DNA of 64,000 bases from Oscillospiraceae bacterium (GCA_024404815.1 JAKSPL010000006.1:7414-71413); one strand, 5' to 3'. Positions 51,501 to 60,566 are shown, counted from the stretch's first letter. Made by a program: numbers and translations. The notes: generated by a model from the sequence alone, not told the origin.

Positions 51501-54500
51501 TTCTTTCTATGTATCTCCGTTTATGAAGCTGTGGTATCCGACAGAAGATGTCATCTGTTATGATGAGATTTCTCTTGAGGCTGACCTGCTGGGCTTTGGT
51601 CTGACAGGTAAATGGTATGTATACAAGAACGGTGAACTGGACTTCACCAGTACCCAGAGTGTTGTATCATGGGTCCCGACAGAACCCTGCGAATATGCGG
51701 TCCATTATGAGATGCTGAAAGACGGCGAAATGCTGGATGAAGCATCGTTCGGATTCAATGTAGTGGACGATGGCTGTTCCTATGACATTACGTATGATAA
51801 GCAGATGATCGTCAAGCGTCCGGAGAAGAAGATTGAATATTTTGAGGACGGTACATCGTATTCTTATTATCCGACTTTGAATTTGGTATACAAGCCGACA
51901 GAATCTTCCTACCAGCAGGTGCGGTATTCTGCGGGTTCTATGTTCATTTCCGATGTGGATGGCACACAGGCGAGTGATTATAGTGAGAAAGGCTGTATAT
52001 GGTATACATTTGAAGCAGGAAAAACCTATGTCCTGCGTCTGGACTGCTATGATGCGTATAGTGTTGTTCTGATTACCGATGAAGATGCAGAATTCAAAGA
52101 TTTCTCCGAGAACGGCTTTGCATCGTTTGAGTCTTTGGAGATGTATGAGGATGAACTTCCGCCTGCTGCGGAACCGATTGTGAAATACTATGTGCCGAAC
52201 GAAGAGGACGATTATGATTCGGCTTGGGTGACACTGGACGAAGAATCCTATGAGATGATTCCTGAACCGTTCAAGGATCATTACAATTATCTGTACTATT
52301 ATTTTGTTGGCAAGGGCGAATATTTCGGCATGGTCGGTGCCTGCTGCACCGTATTGCAGACGATAGAAGCGGAAAAACCCGTGACAACATCCAACATGAG
52401 AGAAACATACACATTTGTTCCGGAAAAGGACGGTGAGTATGTGTTCATGAGTGCGCCGTCAGATGCTGCGATTGCAGACTGCAAGCGTGATGCGGTGATG
52501 CCGAACTTCGATCTCAGTTTGATCGTGCAACCCTCTGACTATGAAAACTATGAAACTGTTCTGGAAGATTACGGAATAGACCTGTATTGGACGAACGGAC
52601 AGCTTTGCGACAGTATGTATCTGCAAGCAGGTGTGGAATATTGGTTCAATGTCGTAAACTACACCGGACCGGACGAGCCGATCGTCCCGATCGTCCCGAT
52701 GACCTATCTGCTGACACAGAAAAAGCAATCTCTGTATACCTGTAATGTGATGGAGCCGACCTATGATATGGTGGACGGCAAACTGGAGAATTTCAATATT
52801 GCAGTTCTTACGGCAGACGAGGAAGAAACACCGCTGACAGAGGGCGAAGACTTCACCTGTGAATACTGGTACGACTATGCTGAATCGCCGAGCTGTCTGT
52901 TCTACTGCGTAAAGGGTATCGGCGACTACTATGGTACGATTCTGAAAGGCATTTCGCTGCTGAATGGCACGATGCTTTCTGACGGAAAGATCCCGATCGA
53001 ACTGAACAAGCCGTTCGTGGTCAACAAGAACAGAAATCTGTTTTCTCTGACGATGGAGGAAGGCTCAAAGATCAGTCTGGAAGTGCTGGAAGGTACATTC
53101 AGCGACGGATTGGCACCGACCGTATCCTTTGTAGAGATAGATGAGTACTATATTGCTTCTTATGGGATGCTCAATGCCGAAAATCCGACTGTGACTTTGG
53201 ATATGTATAGTATTGACGTTCTGGTCAATGTCAGAACACTGGAAGACGACAACTGTGTGCTGATGCTGAAAAGCGAAGAATGCAAACCTTGGTATGAACT
53301 TTCGGTCGCTTATACTGAACGCTTAGACTATACCGGAGAAGTGTGTGTACCGGAGGATGTGGTGATCACCACAGAGGACGGCGATGTACTGGAAGAAGGC
53401 GTGGATTATATTCTTCGGTTTGAAGATACGGTCGAGTGCGGATGGTATCAGTTTGAGGTTGAATATATCAAAGACTATTTTGGAACGACAAATTGTGAAT
53501 ATTTCATTATGAATGAGATCCATACAGAAAACGCACAGGAACTGAAACTCGGTGAAAATACAGCAGTCATTGAAACTCCGGGTGAATTTGCAGTATACCA
53601 TATTGATGGCGATATAGAATCCTATATATTATCCAAAGAGATTCTTGATCCGGTGGTTATGTATATTTATAACAAAGAAACAGACTTCTTGTCGCGTGTC
53701 TGCGATGGTATGATTGGCGAATACAGTACAATGCTTTATAAGGATGAAGGGGATGAATATCTGCTGGTCGGCTTTGAGGGCAATTTCCGAACCGGTGAGA
53801 TTCCGTTCCAATTTAATCAGGGTATCAATGAGCTTTGGAACTGTACTTACGAGTGCCCTGAAACCGTCATGTACACAGGCGAGGATGTCCGTCCTGACAT
53901 TCAGATTTATGACGGCGAGAAGCTGCTGCAGGAGGGTACTGACTACGAATTGCAAATGGACTGCAACTCGACAGGTGTCGGCTATGCGTCCTATACGTTT
54001 GTCGGAAAGGGCGGCTATTCCGGTGAGATAGATGTTCCGACCGCGATTTATTATCCGAATGTACAGGATTATTTCGGTGCTGCGGATACAGAGAACATAG
54101 ATGAACTTTGTACGGCGGTAGATGTCGGGATGGCTGTGAACTTCTGTCCGCAGACGATTAACGGATATGCAGTATACTGTCTGTCAAATAATTCCGAAAC
54201 ACCGCTGGAACTGCGTATGATGTATTCCGATGCAGGATCTTCTACGGAGGACTGGACAGAATGGGCAGGTATCTGCAATACGGAGGAAGAATACGATTCT
54301 GATAATTTTGAAGTGCCCGATCCGTTTTATTATATGCACGTTCTCGGTTTTGTATATGATTCGGACGGAAACTTTGTGGAACTGAGCGGAAATTATCAGA
54401 AGCTGACGATTGCACCGAATGACTGTGTGTATGTAGCAGTTGTTGCATCTCCGGCATACACCGATATCACCAATCTGGACATTACGTTCCATGACATTGC

Positions 54501-55002
54501 AGAGCATGATCCGTTGGATGATGTCGTGTCATATTATACGCTGGATGGCGTAACTTATATGCTGTGCGAAGGTTATGAAGCATATGTGGTATCGTTTGAT
54601 GAAGACCGTCGGGCAGTGGTTCTGCATGACTGGATCGAAGTGAACGGCAAAACGTACTATCTGTCCGGTTTCAGCGTAGATGATAAACAGCTTGCGTATG
54701 CAGAGGATCAGATCCTATTCTACTTGGAGGACAATGGAACCATGTGGTCTGGAAGCCAAGCCCTCGCAGACAAATACGGCTGGCATACCGCATCGCTGGA
54801 TTGGTGTTCTGTGGTCAAAGGCGACTGGAATGTGAACGGCGAACTGGATGTAATGGATGCAGGGTCGCTGAACCTTTCGATCGCAGAGGGCAATGGTGTT
54901 GTGATGACACCGCAGATGGAAGAAACGGATATGAACGATGACGGTATTGTCAATGTTCTCGACGTTTTGATGATCTTGCAGCAAGCACAGACTCAGGCAT
55001 AA
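48583..55002 (+). CDS. Giant (2139 aa) cellulosomal subtilisin-family (S8) protease with Fn3-associated, BspA-LRR, repeated Ig-like/PPC-like modules and C-terminal dockerin
   Basis: AGGAGG RBS and signal peptide. I9-like propeptide (HVLQFETPADAYTAYQ). S8 triad D252 (VAVIDTGY), H287 (HGTHCAG), S436 (GTSMATP). LRR_5 repeats at about aa 590-900. Dockerin at the C-terminus. Confidence 0.9.
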   Translation: MHNRHYRKALAFLTSLVLVGTAMPESIVTEVRSSARTKNLSLADFSAEIKAMEPTSDSSGRFEKLRFDAAEKKLYQDEQEVTGSCGGFVVKNGSLCVKASYAATAKEQAEVASDATISLEEARSKIGCEVLEKADGSMEIISPFQLARLIVKSENAVDSLNAVSTVEDYRNLHVLQFETPADAYTAYQHYQKLDNIEFVTPDRVVHTCINASTPSYAKELCWGNQAIGSKEFCERLTSEHEELPDIKVAVIDTGYYADHELLRDRIADGAKSFIYKDREFPIDVFGHGTHCAGIIAASTADNVSILPISVLGDDGYGDTLEIYCGMMYAAEQNADVVSMSLSGYGEEPLEDEAAKVLAECGTVLCAAASNDDGDDARNYAPANCPGAITVSAIDSDYELAYFSNIGEIVDIAAPGVDILSAGNQYPTEYVSMDGTSMATPYVAACCADILSAQPDLSVDELKALLFANAVDLGEEGRDEKYGYGMVCLKDFDFHILDCAAPNATLESGSYEEAQSTLLECDTEGAVIYYTTDGTAPDKENGILYQNKAIKIGQSMTLRAVAMLDGKYSSERSFVYEIARKDTANALEIKDGVLTAYHGCMIDLNLSDEKITEIGEGAFAGNDTLETVILPSSLKKIGARAFADCDALCSVEGKCAETIGDEAFRSCDVLYNFRLNTDVKELGEACFMECPSLNECIGLESLTELPAYTFCGDEQLSVQLPNLTVIGDYAFKNSILESETLCWEKLTKIGAHAMENSSIQNSVLSLPNVTEFGEYALASSYAEQYEFSEKLTALPEGLLMNCTLMTKLSAPNVTKIGAYALALYPDAAYRFPIIGFENPLEWDIDCTKVTEVGAAAFAGLWIDQDLSFDSLTSDAADSFAGFMVSQLNLPSVKRIRSNSEQLNSTFGLYFFANVLCMENLEEVYSDDIGYATALVCGDKVKKFSLSEQNPMLEEIMLAAPKDSLVETYAKNHGYSFYVSPFMKLWYPTEDVICYDEISLEADLLGFGLTGKWYVYKNGELDFTSTQSVVSWVPTEPCEYAVHYEMLKDGEMLDEASFGFNVVDDGCSYDITYDKQMIVKRPEKKIEYFEDGTSYSYYPTLNLVYKPTESSYQQVRYSAGSMFISDVDGTQASDYSEKGCIWYTFEAGKTYVLRLDCYDAYSVVLITDEDAEFKDFSENGFASFESLEMYEDELPPAAEPIVKYYVPNEEDDYDSAWVTLDEESYEMIPEPFKDHYNYLYYYFVGKGEYFGMVGACCTVLQTIEAEKPVTTSNMRETYTFVPEKDGEYVFMSAPSDAAIADCKRDAVMPNFDLSLIVQPSDYENYETVLEDYGIDLYWTNGQLCDSMYLQAGVEYWFNVVNYTGPDEPIVPIVPMTYLLTQKKQSLYTCNVMEPTYDMVDGKLENFNIAVLTADEEETPLTEGEDFTCEYWYDYAESPSCLFYCVKGIGDYYGTILKGISLLNGTMLSDGKIPIELNKPFVVNKNRNLFSLTMEEGSKISLEVLEGTFSDGLAPTVSFVEIDEYYIASYGMLNAENPTVTLDMYSIDVLVNVRTLEDDNCVLMLKSEECKPWYELSVAYTERLDYTGEVCVPEDVVITTEDGDVLEEGVDYILRFEDTVECGWYQFEVEYIKDYFGTTNCEYFIMNEIHTENAQELKLGENTAVIETPGEFAVYHIDGDIESYILSKEILDPVVMYIYNKETDFLSRVCDGMIGEYSTMLYKDEGDEYLLVGFEGNFRTGEIPFQFNQGINELWNCTYECPETVMYTGEDVRPDIQIYDGEKLLQEGTDYELQMDCNSTGVGYASYTFVGKGGYSGEIDVPTAIYYPNVQDYFGAADTENIDELCTAVDVGMAVNFCPQTINGYAVYCLSNNSETPLELRMMYSDAGSSTEDWTEWAGICNTEEEYDSDNFEVPDPFYYMHVLGFVYDSDGNFVELSGNYQKLTIAPNDCVYVAVVASPAYTDITNLDITFHDIAEHDPLDDVVSYYTLDGVTYMLCEGYEAYVVSFDEDRRAVVLHDWIEVNGKTYYLSGFSVDDKQLAYAEDQILFYLEDNGTMWSGSQALADKYGWHTASLDWCSVVKGDWNVNGELDVMDAGSLNLSIAEGNGVVMTPQMEETDMNDDGIVNVLDVLMILQQAQTQA
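54820..54990 (+). other. Dockerin module
   Basis: GDWNVNGELDVMDAGSLNLSI ... DMNDDGIVNVLDVLMILQQ. Confidence 0.8.
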
Positions 55003-55021
55003 GAATAGAGCCATAAGGCAT

Positions 55022-55060
55022 AAAAAACCGCCGCTCGGAATGAACTCCGGGCGGCGGCTT
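55022..55060. terminator. Bidirectional intrinsic terminator
   Basis: aaaaaaccgccgctcgg / ccgggcggcggctt stem between convergent genes. Confidence 0.75.
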
Positions 55061-55064
55061 AATT

Positions 55065-56726
55065 TTATTCGTGGAATCTTGCGGTATAGAAGCCATCGAG
55101 TACATAGACGGTCAGGTGATCGCTTTGCGGAATGTCCTCTTCATTGAAGAACACATAAAGCGCGTCCGTTCGTCCTTTTCCGTCACAGAGCGCATTGTAG
55201 GCGGAATCCGCATATGCGGCAAGCGTATCATAGTTGCAGCGTGCAGCGTAGAACGAACTGAGTGTCATATCGTGTTCCAATGCGAAGAAGCCTAACGGCA
55301 GATACAGTTCACTATATGCAAGGAAGTCAAGCGGAAGCGGCGCAAATATGATTTCATCCGTTCCCTCCGCTGCGGTTTCCCAGAGGGGATCCTGCAAAGG
55401 AAGCGTATAGTTGGAGTATTGGTCGTAGCAGAGGTGTTTCACAAGGAGATCTCCGTGAACATCCCACATCTGTATCGCACAGAAAAACGCAGCAAACATC
55501 GGCGGCAGAACTTTTTTGACATTCAGCTTGGACATTCCGTAGAATACGCCGAGATAGATCAGATAGACATTCACCCACATCAGGCGTCCCGAAGCACGGA
55601 AAATGCCAAGTGCAGAAACGAACAGATGCGGCAGGGGAATGGTGTAGAGAACGTGCGTGCCGAGTGCGACAATGTGGCTCAGAGCCCAGACTGCCGTCGC
55701 CACAAAAGTCACGCTCCCGCCAATCAGCAGGGAAATGTGCGCAGAAGCCCATTTGCGGAGTGCGCCTTTGCCGCGGTTGGAAAGTGTCATCAGCAGATGC
55801 ACAGCTGTAACAAAGCCGCCTGCGATGATGCCGAAGCCAAGGTATGCATAGCCCTCAAATGTCTGTTCTTCGCGCACCTGAATTGGGAAGAAGGAGATAC
55901 AGCCGATATCACCGGGGAAAAACAGGCTGAGCAGATTCGAGCTGAATACGCCGAAGCCGCTCACTGCATAGCTGCCTACCCCGACGAAAGCACCGAGTAT
56001 GAACATCCAGAGCAATGTTGCCACGACAGAGAGAATGCCTGTGAATAAGACGTATTTCCATGATTTCGTGCGGATCAGCGCATCGAGCAGCGCACCCATC
56101 ATGACAAGAAAGACCATCGGTACAAAGTACATATGCACCGAAACGGCAATGACTGCAACTCCTGCCCAGAGGAGTGATGGCGTGAACCAATGCTTCCACT
56201 TGCGGTTTTGGTACACCCAGAGTGCGATCGCCATAACGATTACCCATTGTCCTGCGAGCGATTCATGTCCGTAAAGACGGCGCAGCAATGAGGGCGAGAG
56301 AATGAAGCAGAGCGCACCGCTCAGGCAGAATAATGCGTTCTTGCTGTATTTTTGCAGCAGGATTGTCGAGAACAGCCCCATCATTCCGAACGAGAACACG
56401 CCCCAGATACCGAAATACTGGAATGTTTCCGGCAGAATCGGGGAGAGCAGCTTGAAAAAAACAGCAAACAGCGGAATGGTATCCATATAGATGCAGGAGA
56501 ACGCACCGTCGCATGACAGCCCGTCTATCATGCCGATCGGGAATGTCCAAGGTGTTTGGCGGTAATAGAGCCAGCCAAGATAGTGCTGTGTGGAGTCGTC
56601 GCCCGTGGTCATCCAAGTGTCATAGGTCGGATTGATGATGCGCACACCGAAGACAATACAAAATATGAGGATGCCAAAAAGCATCCCCATAAGCGGCAAT
56701 ATCCATTGCCGGGATTTCATTTTCAT
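55065..56726 (-). CDS. DUF6311-like polytopic membrane protein (glycosyltransferase-C-like)
   Basis: DSTQHYLGWLYYRQTPWTFPIGMIDGL...YMDTIPLFAVFFKLLSPILPETFQYFGIWG, then more than 10 hydrophobic helices. ATGA overlap with the upstream PBP5-like gene. Confidence 0.7.
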   Translation of the reverse strand: MKMKSRQWILPLMGMLFGILIFCIVFGVRIINPTYDTWMTTGDDSTQHYLGWLYYRQTPWTFPIGMIDGLSCDGAFSCIYMDTIPLFAVFFKLLSPILPETFQYFGIWGVFSFGMMGLFSTILLQKYSKNALFCLSGALCFILSPSLLRRLYGHESLAGQWVIVMAIALWVYQNRKWKHWFTPSLLWAGVAVIAVSVHMYFVPMVFLVMMGALLDALIRTKSWKYVLFTGILSVVATLLWMFILGAFVGVGSYAVSGFGVFSSNLLSLFFPGDIGCISFFPIQVREEQTFEGYAYLGFGIIAGGFVTAVHLLMTLSNRGKGALRKWASAHISLLIGGSVTFVATAVWALSHIVALGTHVLYTIPLPHLFVSALGIFRASGRLMWVNVYLIYLGVFYGMSKLNVKKVLPPMFAAFFCAIQMWDVHGDLLVKHLCYDQYSNYTLPLQDPLWETAAEGTDEIIFAPLPLDFLAYSELYLPLGFFALEHDMTLSSFYAARCNYDTLAAYADSAYNALCDGKGRTDALYVFFNEEDIPQSDHLTVYVLDGFYTARFHE

Positions 56727-58090
56727 GCCTTGTGCTCCTTTCCGGCATTCTGCTTTCTGCGCTTGCGTTCCGTTTTATAGCGGGCAAAGAAGAAAATGCA
56801 CGCGCCGACATAGAGAATCGAGAGGAGCAGCGCGGTTTTCAGGGCTTTGCCGAGCGCTGAGGAGCGGAAAAAGCCGGGAATCAGGCTGACGTTGTATTTC
56901 CAGAGTGAGCGTTCAACGGACGATGCCGCAACGAGATTGACTTCTGCAAGGGTCTCACCGGAAAGTTTCAGGGAAATCGTACCGAGTTTGTCGCCTGTCT
57001 TGACAGGAGCCTGTACATTCTCATCAAGCGTGACGATCTGCTGGATGGAGTCCATGTCAGCGGTATCGCACCAGATACAGGAGAAACCCTGTTCCGGTTT
57101 GACGATGACAAAATCATTGCCGTCTGCATTTGCGACCTGAACTTCATCAATTTCATCGTTATCGCCGAGGAGTTTCTGGTAGGTCAGATGTGCAAACGCC
57201 CATTCAAAGATGTTTTTCACATCTTCGAGGTGGAAGAAATTTGAGTTACCTTCTGCATCGGTCAGCGGTGCGTTCAGGCAGACCAGCAGGTAGTTGTTGC
57301 CGTCGCGGGCAGCTTTGCAGCAGATATTTCTGCCGCCTTCCCGCAAAGTACCTGTTTTAATGCCGCGGACACCTGCACAGTAGTATTCGCTTTCGCTGTT
57401 GCTCATCGGGTTGGAATGTTCCCAAGCCCAGTCGCCTTGCTTGCCGACGCTTTCAGCGGTTGCAGGTGTATAGTTGCTCGCGCAGGAGATGGTCTCAAAC
57501 TGCGAAACGGTCATTGCATATTGCAGCAGTTTCATCATATCGCGAGCGGTCGTGACCTGACGGGCGCTGTACAGACCTGTTGCATTGGTAAAACGGGTGG
57601 AGGTCATGCCGAGCTGGGAGGCTTTTTCGTTCATCTTCTCGACAAACGCATCTTCTGAGCCGCCAAAGTGATTGGCAAGCATCAGCGAGGCTTCGACCGA
57701 GGATGTCAGCATCATCGCGTAGAGCAGGTCCTCGACTGTGAGGGTATCACCTGCGTCGATTTCCGCATAGCGAAGGTCGCCCTGATTCTCATAGTTTGCG
57801 AGCGGTGCGAACAGTTCAGCATCGCCCGTAATGGTTTCCTCCGAAATTTTCGGACAGCTTTCGAGCGCGATGACTGCGGTCATCACCTGTGTGAGATATG
57901 CAGGCATTTCCTTCATGTCCGCGTTTTTTTCATAGACGATTTCTCCGATGTCCATATTGAGCAGGACGGCAGCTTCGCTGGAAACTGTGCAGTTCGGAGT
58001 AAAGACAAGTGCGCTGGCGGAATTCTTCGGCGGCAGCATCAGGATGCAGGTCGCAAATGTCAGAATGACCGCCAAAATACGTTTTTTCAT
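56723..58090 (-). CDS. PBP5/S11 D-Ala-D-Ala carboxypeptidase homologue with substituted active-site motifs, C-terminal TM anchor
   Basis: Colinear with DacA/DacF-type PBPs (FTNATGL, GIKTGTL, C-terminal beta domain). AYLTQVMT replaces ASxTKxMT and SSV replaces SGN. Confidence 0.8.
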   Translation of the reverse strand: MKKRILAVILTFATCILMLPPKNSASALVFTPNCTVSSEAAVLLNMDIGEIVYEKNADMKEMPAYLTQVMTAVIALESCPKISEETITGDAELFAPLANYENQGDLRYAEIDAGDTLTVEDLLYAMMLTSSVEASLMLANHFGGSEDAFVEKMNEKASQLGMTSTRFTNATGLYSARQVTTARDMMKLLQYAMTVSQFETISCASNYTPATAESVGKQGDWAWEHSNPMSNSESEYYCAGVRGIKTGTLREGGRNICCKAARDGNNYLLVCLNAPLTDAEGNSNFFHLEDVKNIFEWAFAHLTYQKLLGDNDEIDEVQVANADGNDFVIVKPEQGFSCIWCDTADMDSIQQIVTLDENVQAPVKTGDKLGTISLKLSGETLAEVNLVAASSVERSLWKYNVSLIPGFFRSSALGKALKTALLLSILYVGACIFFFARYKTERKRRKQNAGKEHKA

Positions 58091-58245
58091 GTGAATCATC
58101 TCCTATTGTTGATAAAAGATGCGCCATAAGGCATCATACAAAATTATTATACCAGAAAATGAAGAAAAATGGAATACCTTTTTTCAAATTTTTCTGATTT
58201 TTTTCGGAATTCTTTCGATTGCTGCGAGCGGGGTGTGAATTTACA

Positions 58246-58283
58246 GAAAAATGCGCCTGACCGTACAGACGGACGGGCGCATG
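58246..58283 (-). terminator. Intrinsic terminator
   Basis: atgcgcc...ggcgcat stem; minus-strand reading followed by tttttctg. Confidence 0.6.
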
Positions 58284-58337
58284 GTCTGCTTGACTTTTGT
58301 GGGATACTGTGCTATCATAAAAAGCAGAAATACACAG

Positions 58338-58835
58338 TTATGGCGTTTGCTGTTCTGCCATATGAACGGGCGGTTTGCGGTGTCTGTGTTTGCGGATGCG
58401 GCGAATGAGCAGGATCGTGCCGCAAAGGAACGAACTGCCCATGAAGCAGCCGCCGATCCGATAGACAAATGAAGTGCCGCCGAAATCGACGATCCGTTCG
58501 TCTGTTTTTTCGGGATCGTAATACATGGTCAGGACATCGCCGACTTCCAGACGGTAGTTGACGGTCTGGGCGTAAGTGTTTTCTCTGATGACATCTTGTG
58601 TGTCAGACGTGGGACAGAGCGTGACGGTGAACCAGAGCGGCGCGTTGAATGCACGCTGCATTTTGGTAATACGAACAGGAACCGACGGATACTCTGCTTT
58701 TGCGTGACGGACGGATTTTTCAAAGCTGAACGCCATGAAAAACAGCGCAGCCCCGTATAAAAACAAGACTGTCAGCAGCATGGCGGCAAACACTTTGCAA
58801 AAGCGTCTGAAATATTTTTTTGTTTTTTTATTCAT
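58338..58835 (-). CDS. Hypothetical membrane protein (two TM helices flanking a beta-rich domain; DUF3592-like topology)
   Basis: 165-aa ORF with N-terminal helix VFAAMLLTVLFLYGAALFFMAF and C-terminal helix GGCFMGSSFLCGTILLI. Family assignment tentative. Confidence 0.5.
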   Translation of the reverse strand: MNKKTKKYFRRFCKVFAAMLLTVLFLYGAALFFMAFSFEKSVRHAKAEYPSVPVRITKMQRAFNAPLWFTVTLCPTSDTQDVIRENTYAQTVNYRLEVGDVLTMYYDPEKTDERIVDFGGTSFVYRIGGCFMGSSFLCGTILLIRRIRKHRHRKPPVHMAEQQTP

Positions 58836-58952
58836 GGAAAATTCCCTATTCCTCTGAGAATCAATCTATTTCTGCTTCTATTGTAACATATTTTCTTCCG
58901 ATTTGCAAGCAGAAATTTCAAAAGAGATCCGCCGCGGAAAGGAGCGTGTCAT

Positions 58953-59939
58953 ATGGATTTGCACCGCGAGGAAAACCCGATGTTTTTCAACGATTATCTG
59001 ACCTATCTGGACGTCATTCGCGGACGTTCTCAGCGCACGGTCACAGAATATTATCACGATGCGTCGCTGTTTCTGCGATGGCTTTATGCCCGTCAAAACG
59101 GACTTCCCGCAGATGAGATCGAGAATGTCAGACTGCTCGATGTTACCGTAGAACTGGTGAAAACCGTTACAGTATCGGTGCTGTATGACTATATCCGCTA
59201 TCTGCGCGATACAAGAGGGAATACACCGCGTTCGGTTTCCAGAAGAATGAGTGCAGTACGGAGTTTGTTCCGCTACCTGACGAAGAATCAGGGACTTCTC
59301 CAGACGGATCCCTGCCAGAATCTGGAACTGCCATCGGTCAAGAAAGCACTTCCGAAATTCATGACACTCAACGAAAGCCAGCGGATGCTTGAAACTGTTG
59401 AGGAACAGGATACGCCTGACGGACTGCGCGATTACTGCATTATTACGCTGTTTTTGAACTGCGGTTTCCGACTGAGCGAACTGGTCGGGATGAATATCGG
59501 AGATGTGGATTTTTTCAATCGGCAGGTGCGCGTATTGGGAAAGGGCAACAAGGAGCGCATTGTCTATCTGAACGATGCGTGTCTGGCGGCGATCTCCGAG
59601 TATCTCGAATCGAGAACGAATCCGCCTGAGGAACCGCGTGCGCTGTTCCTGAGCCGCATGAACCGCCGTATCAGCAAGCGGCGTGTTCAGCAGATCGTCG
59701 AGAATGCCTTGCAGGCGGCAGGACTGGGCGGCAGAGGATTATCCACGCACAAGCTGCGCCATACTGCCGCGACACTAATGTACCAGCACGCACACGTTGA
59801 CACGCTGACACTCCGCGATATTCTCGGCCATCAGTCGATTGCGACAACGGAAATCTATACGCATCTTTCGAGCGAACAGCGGCAGGACGCCATCGACAGC
59901 AATCCGCTGGCAGGTGAACGCCGTAAGTCTAAGAAATAA
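58953..59939 (+). CDS. Tyrosine site-specific recombinase (XerC/XerD family)
   Basis: SAM-like N-domain (RTVTEYYHDASLFLRWL). Catalytic RHRY elements: GFRLSEL, HKLRHTAAT, LGHQSIATTEIYTHL. AAAGGAG RBS. Confidence 0.9.
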   Translation: MDLHREENPMFFNDYLTYLDVIRGRSQRTVTEYYHDASLFLRWLYARQNGLPADEIENVRLLDVTVELVKTVTVSVLYDYIRYLRDTRGNTPRSVSRRMSAVRSLFRYLTKNQGLLQTDPCQNLELPSVKKALPKFMTLNESQRMLETVEEQDTPDGLRDYCIITLFLNCGFRLSELVGMNIGDVDFFNRQVRVLGKGNKERIVYLNDACLAAISEYLESRTNPPEEPRALFLSRMNRRISKRRVQQIVENALQAAGLGGRGLSTHKLRHTAATLMYQHAHVDTLTLRDILGHQSIATTEIYTHLSSEQRQDAIDSNPLAGERRKSKK

Positions 59940-59956
59940 CCGCAGGTAAGCCGAAG

Positions 59957-59995
59957 AAAACGCGCTCTCTGTTTTGTGCAGAGAGCGCGTTTTCA
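59957..59995 (+). terminator. Intrinsic terminator
   Basis: aaaacgcgctctctg / cagagagcgcgtttt perfect stem with T-run. Confidence 0.85.
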
Positions 59996-60007
59996 TTTGG
60001 AAAACTC

Positions 60008-60036
60008 TTGACTTTTCCCCCTCGGTATTGTATAAT
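60008..60036 (+). promoter_or_regulatory. Putative sigma-A promoter, -35 TTGACT / 17 nt / -10 TATAAT
   Basis: TTGACT at 60008-60013, TATAAT at 60031-60036, upstream of luxS. Confidence 0.6.
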
Positions 60037-60092
60037 AAAAGCAGTATGTGCATTGCAAACAGAAACCCTAAGATTCGAAAGGAGCTTTTCGC

Positions 60093-60566
60093 ATGAGCGA
60101 AGAAATCAGCAGAATCCAGAGCTTTCAGGTAGACCATGACCTGCTCGACCCCGGATTCTATATTTCCAGAAAAGACGGCGATATCATCACTTATGACCTG
60201 CGCACGCGCAAGCCGAATGCAGGCGATTATATGGACAATCCGACAATGCATAGTGTTGAGCATATGTTTGCGACCTATATCCGCAATAGTGCGATCAAGG
60301 ATGACGTTGTGTACTTCGGACCGATGGGTTGTCAGACAGGATTCTATCTGGTCGTACAGAAACAGACACCGCAGACTGTTTTTGCAGAAACCCTGCGTGT
60401 GGTGGAGCAGATCCTTGCCCATGAGGGCGCAGTGTTCGGTGCATCCCGCAAGGAATGCGGTCACTATGAAAATCTCTCGCTGGAAGCTGCAAAAATCGAG
60501 ATGCAGCGGTATTATGAAGTATTATCGAAATGGGAGGACATGACCTATGCTTATCGGAAAGAGTAA
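60093..60566 (+). CDS. luxS: S-ribosylhomocysteine lyase
   Basis: HSVEHMFATYIRN (HxxEH metal site) and GPMGCQTGFY (catalytic Cys). AAAGGAG RBS. Confidence 0.95.
   Translation: MSEEISRIQSFQVDHDLLDPGFYISRKDGDIITYDLRTRKPNAGDYMDNPTMHSVEHMFATYIRNSAIKDDVVYFGPMGCQTGFYLVVQKQTPQTVFAETLRVVEQILAHEGAVFGASRKECGHYENLSLEAAKIEMQRYYEVLSKWEDMTYAYRKE

Noticed and set aside
58953-59939. Tyrosine recombinase as a marker of an integrated mobile element
   Set aside because: No flanking direct repeats, tRNA target, or phage, plasmid or IS genes are visible. The neighbours are housekeeping genes (PBP-like, luxS). The N-terminal SAM-like domain and RHRY motifs fit a chromosomal Xer-type recombinase.
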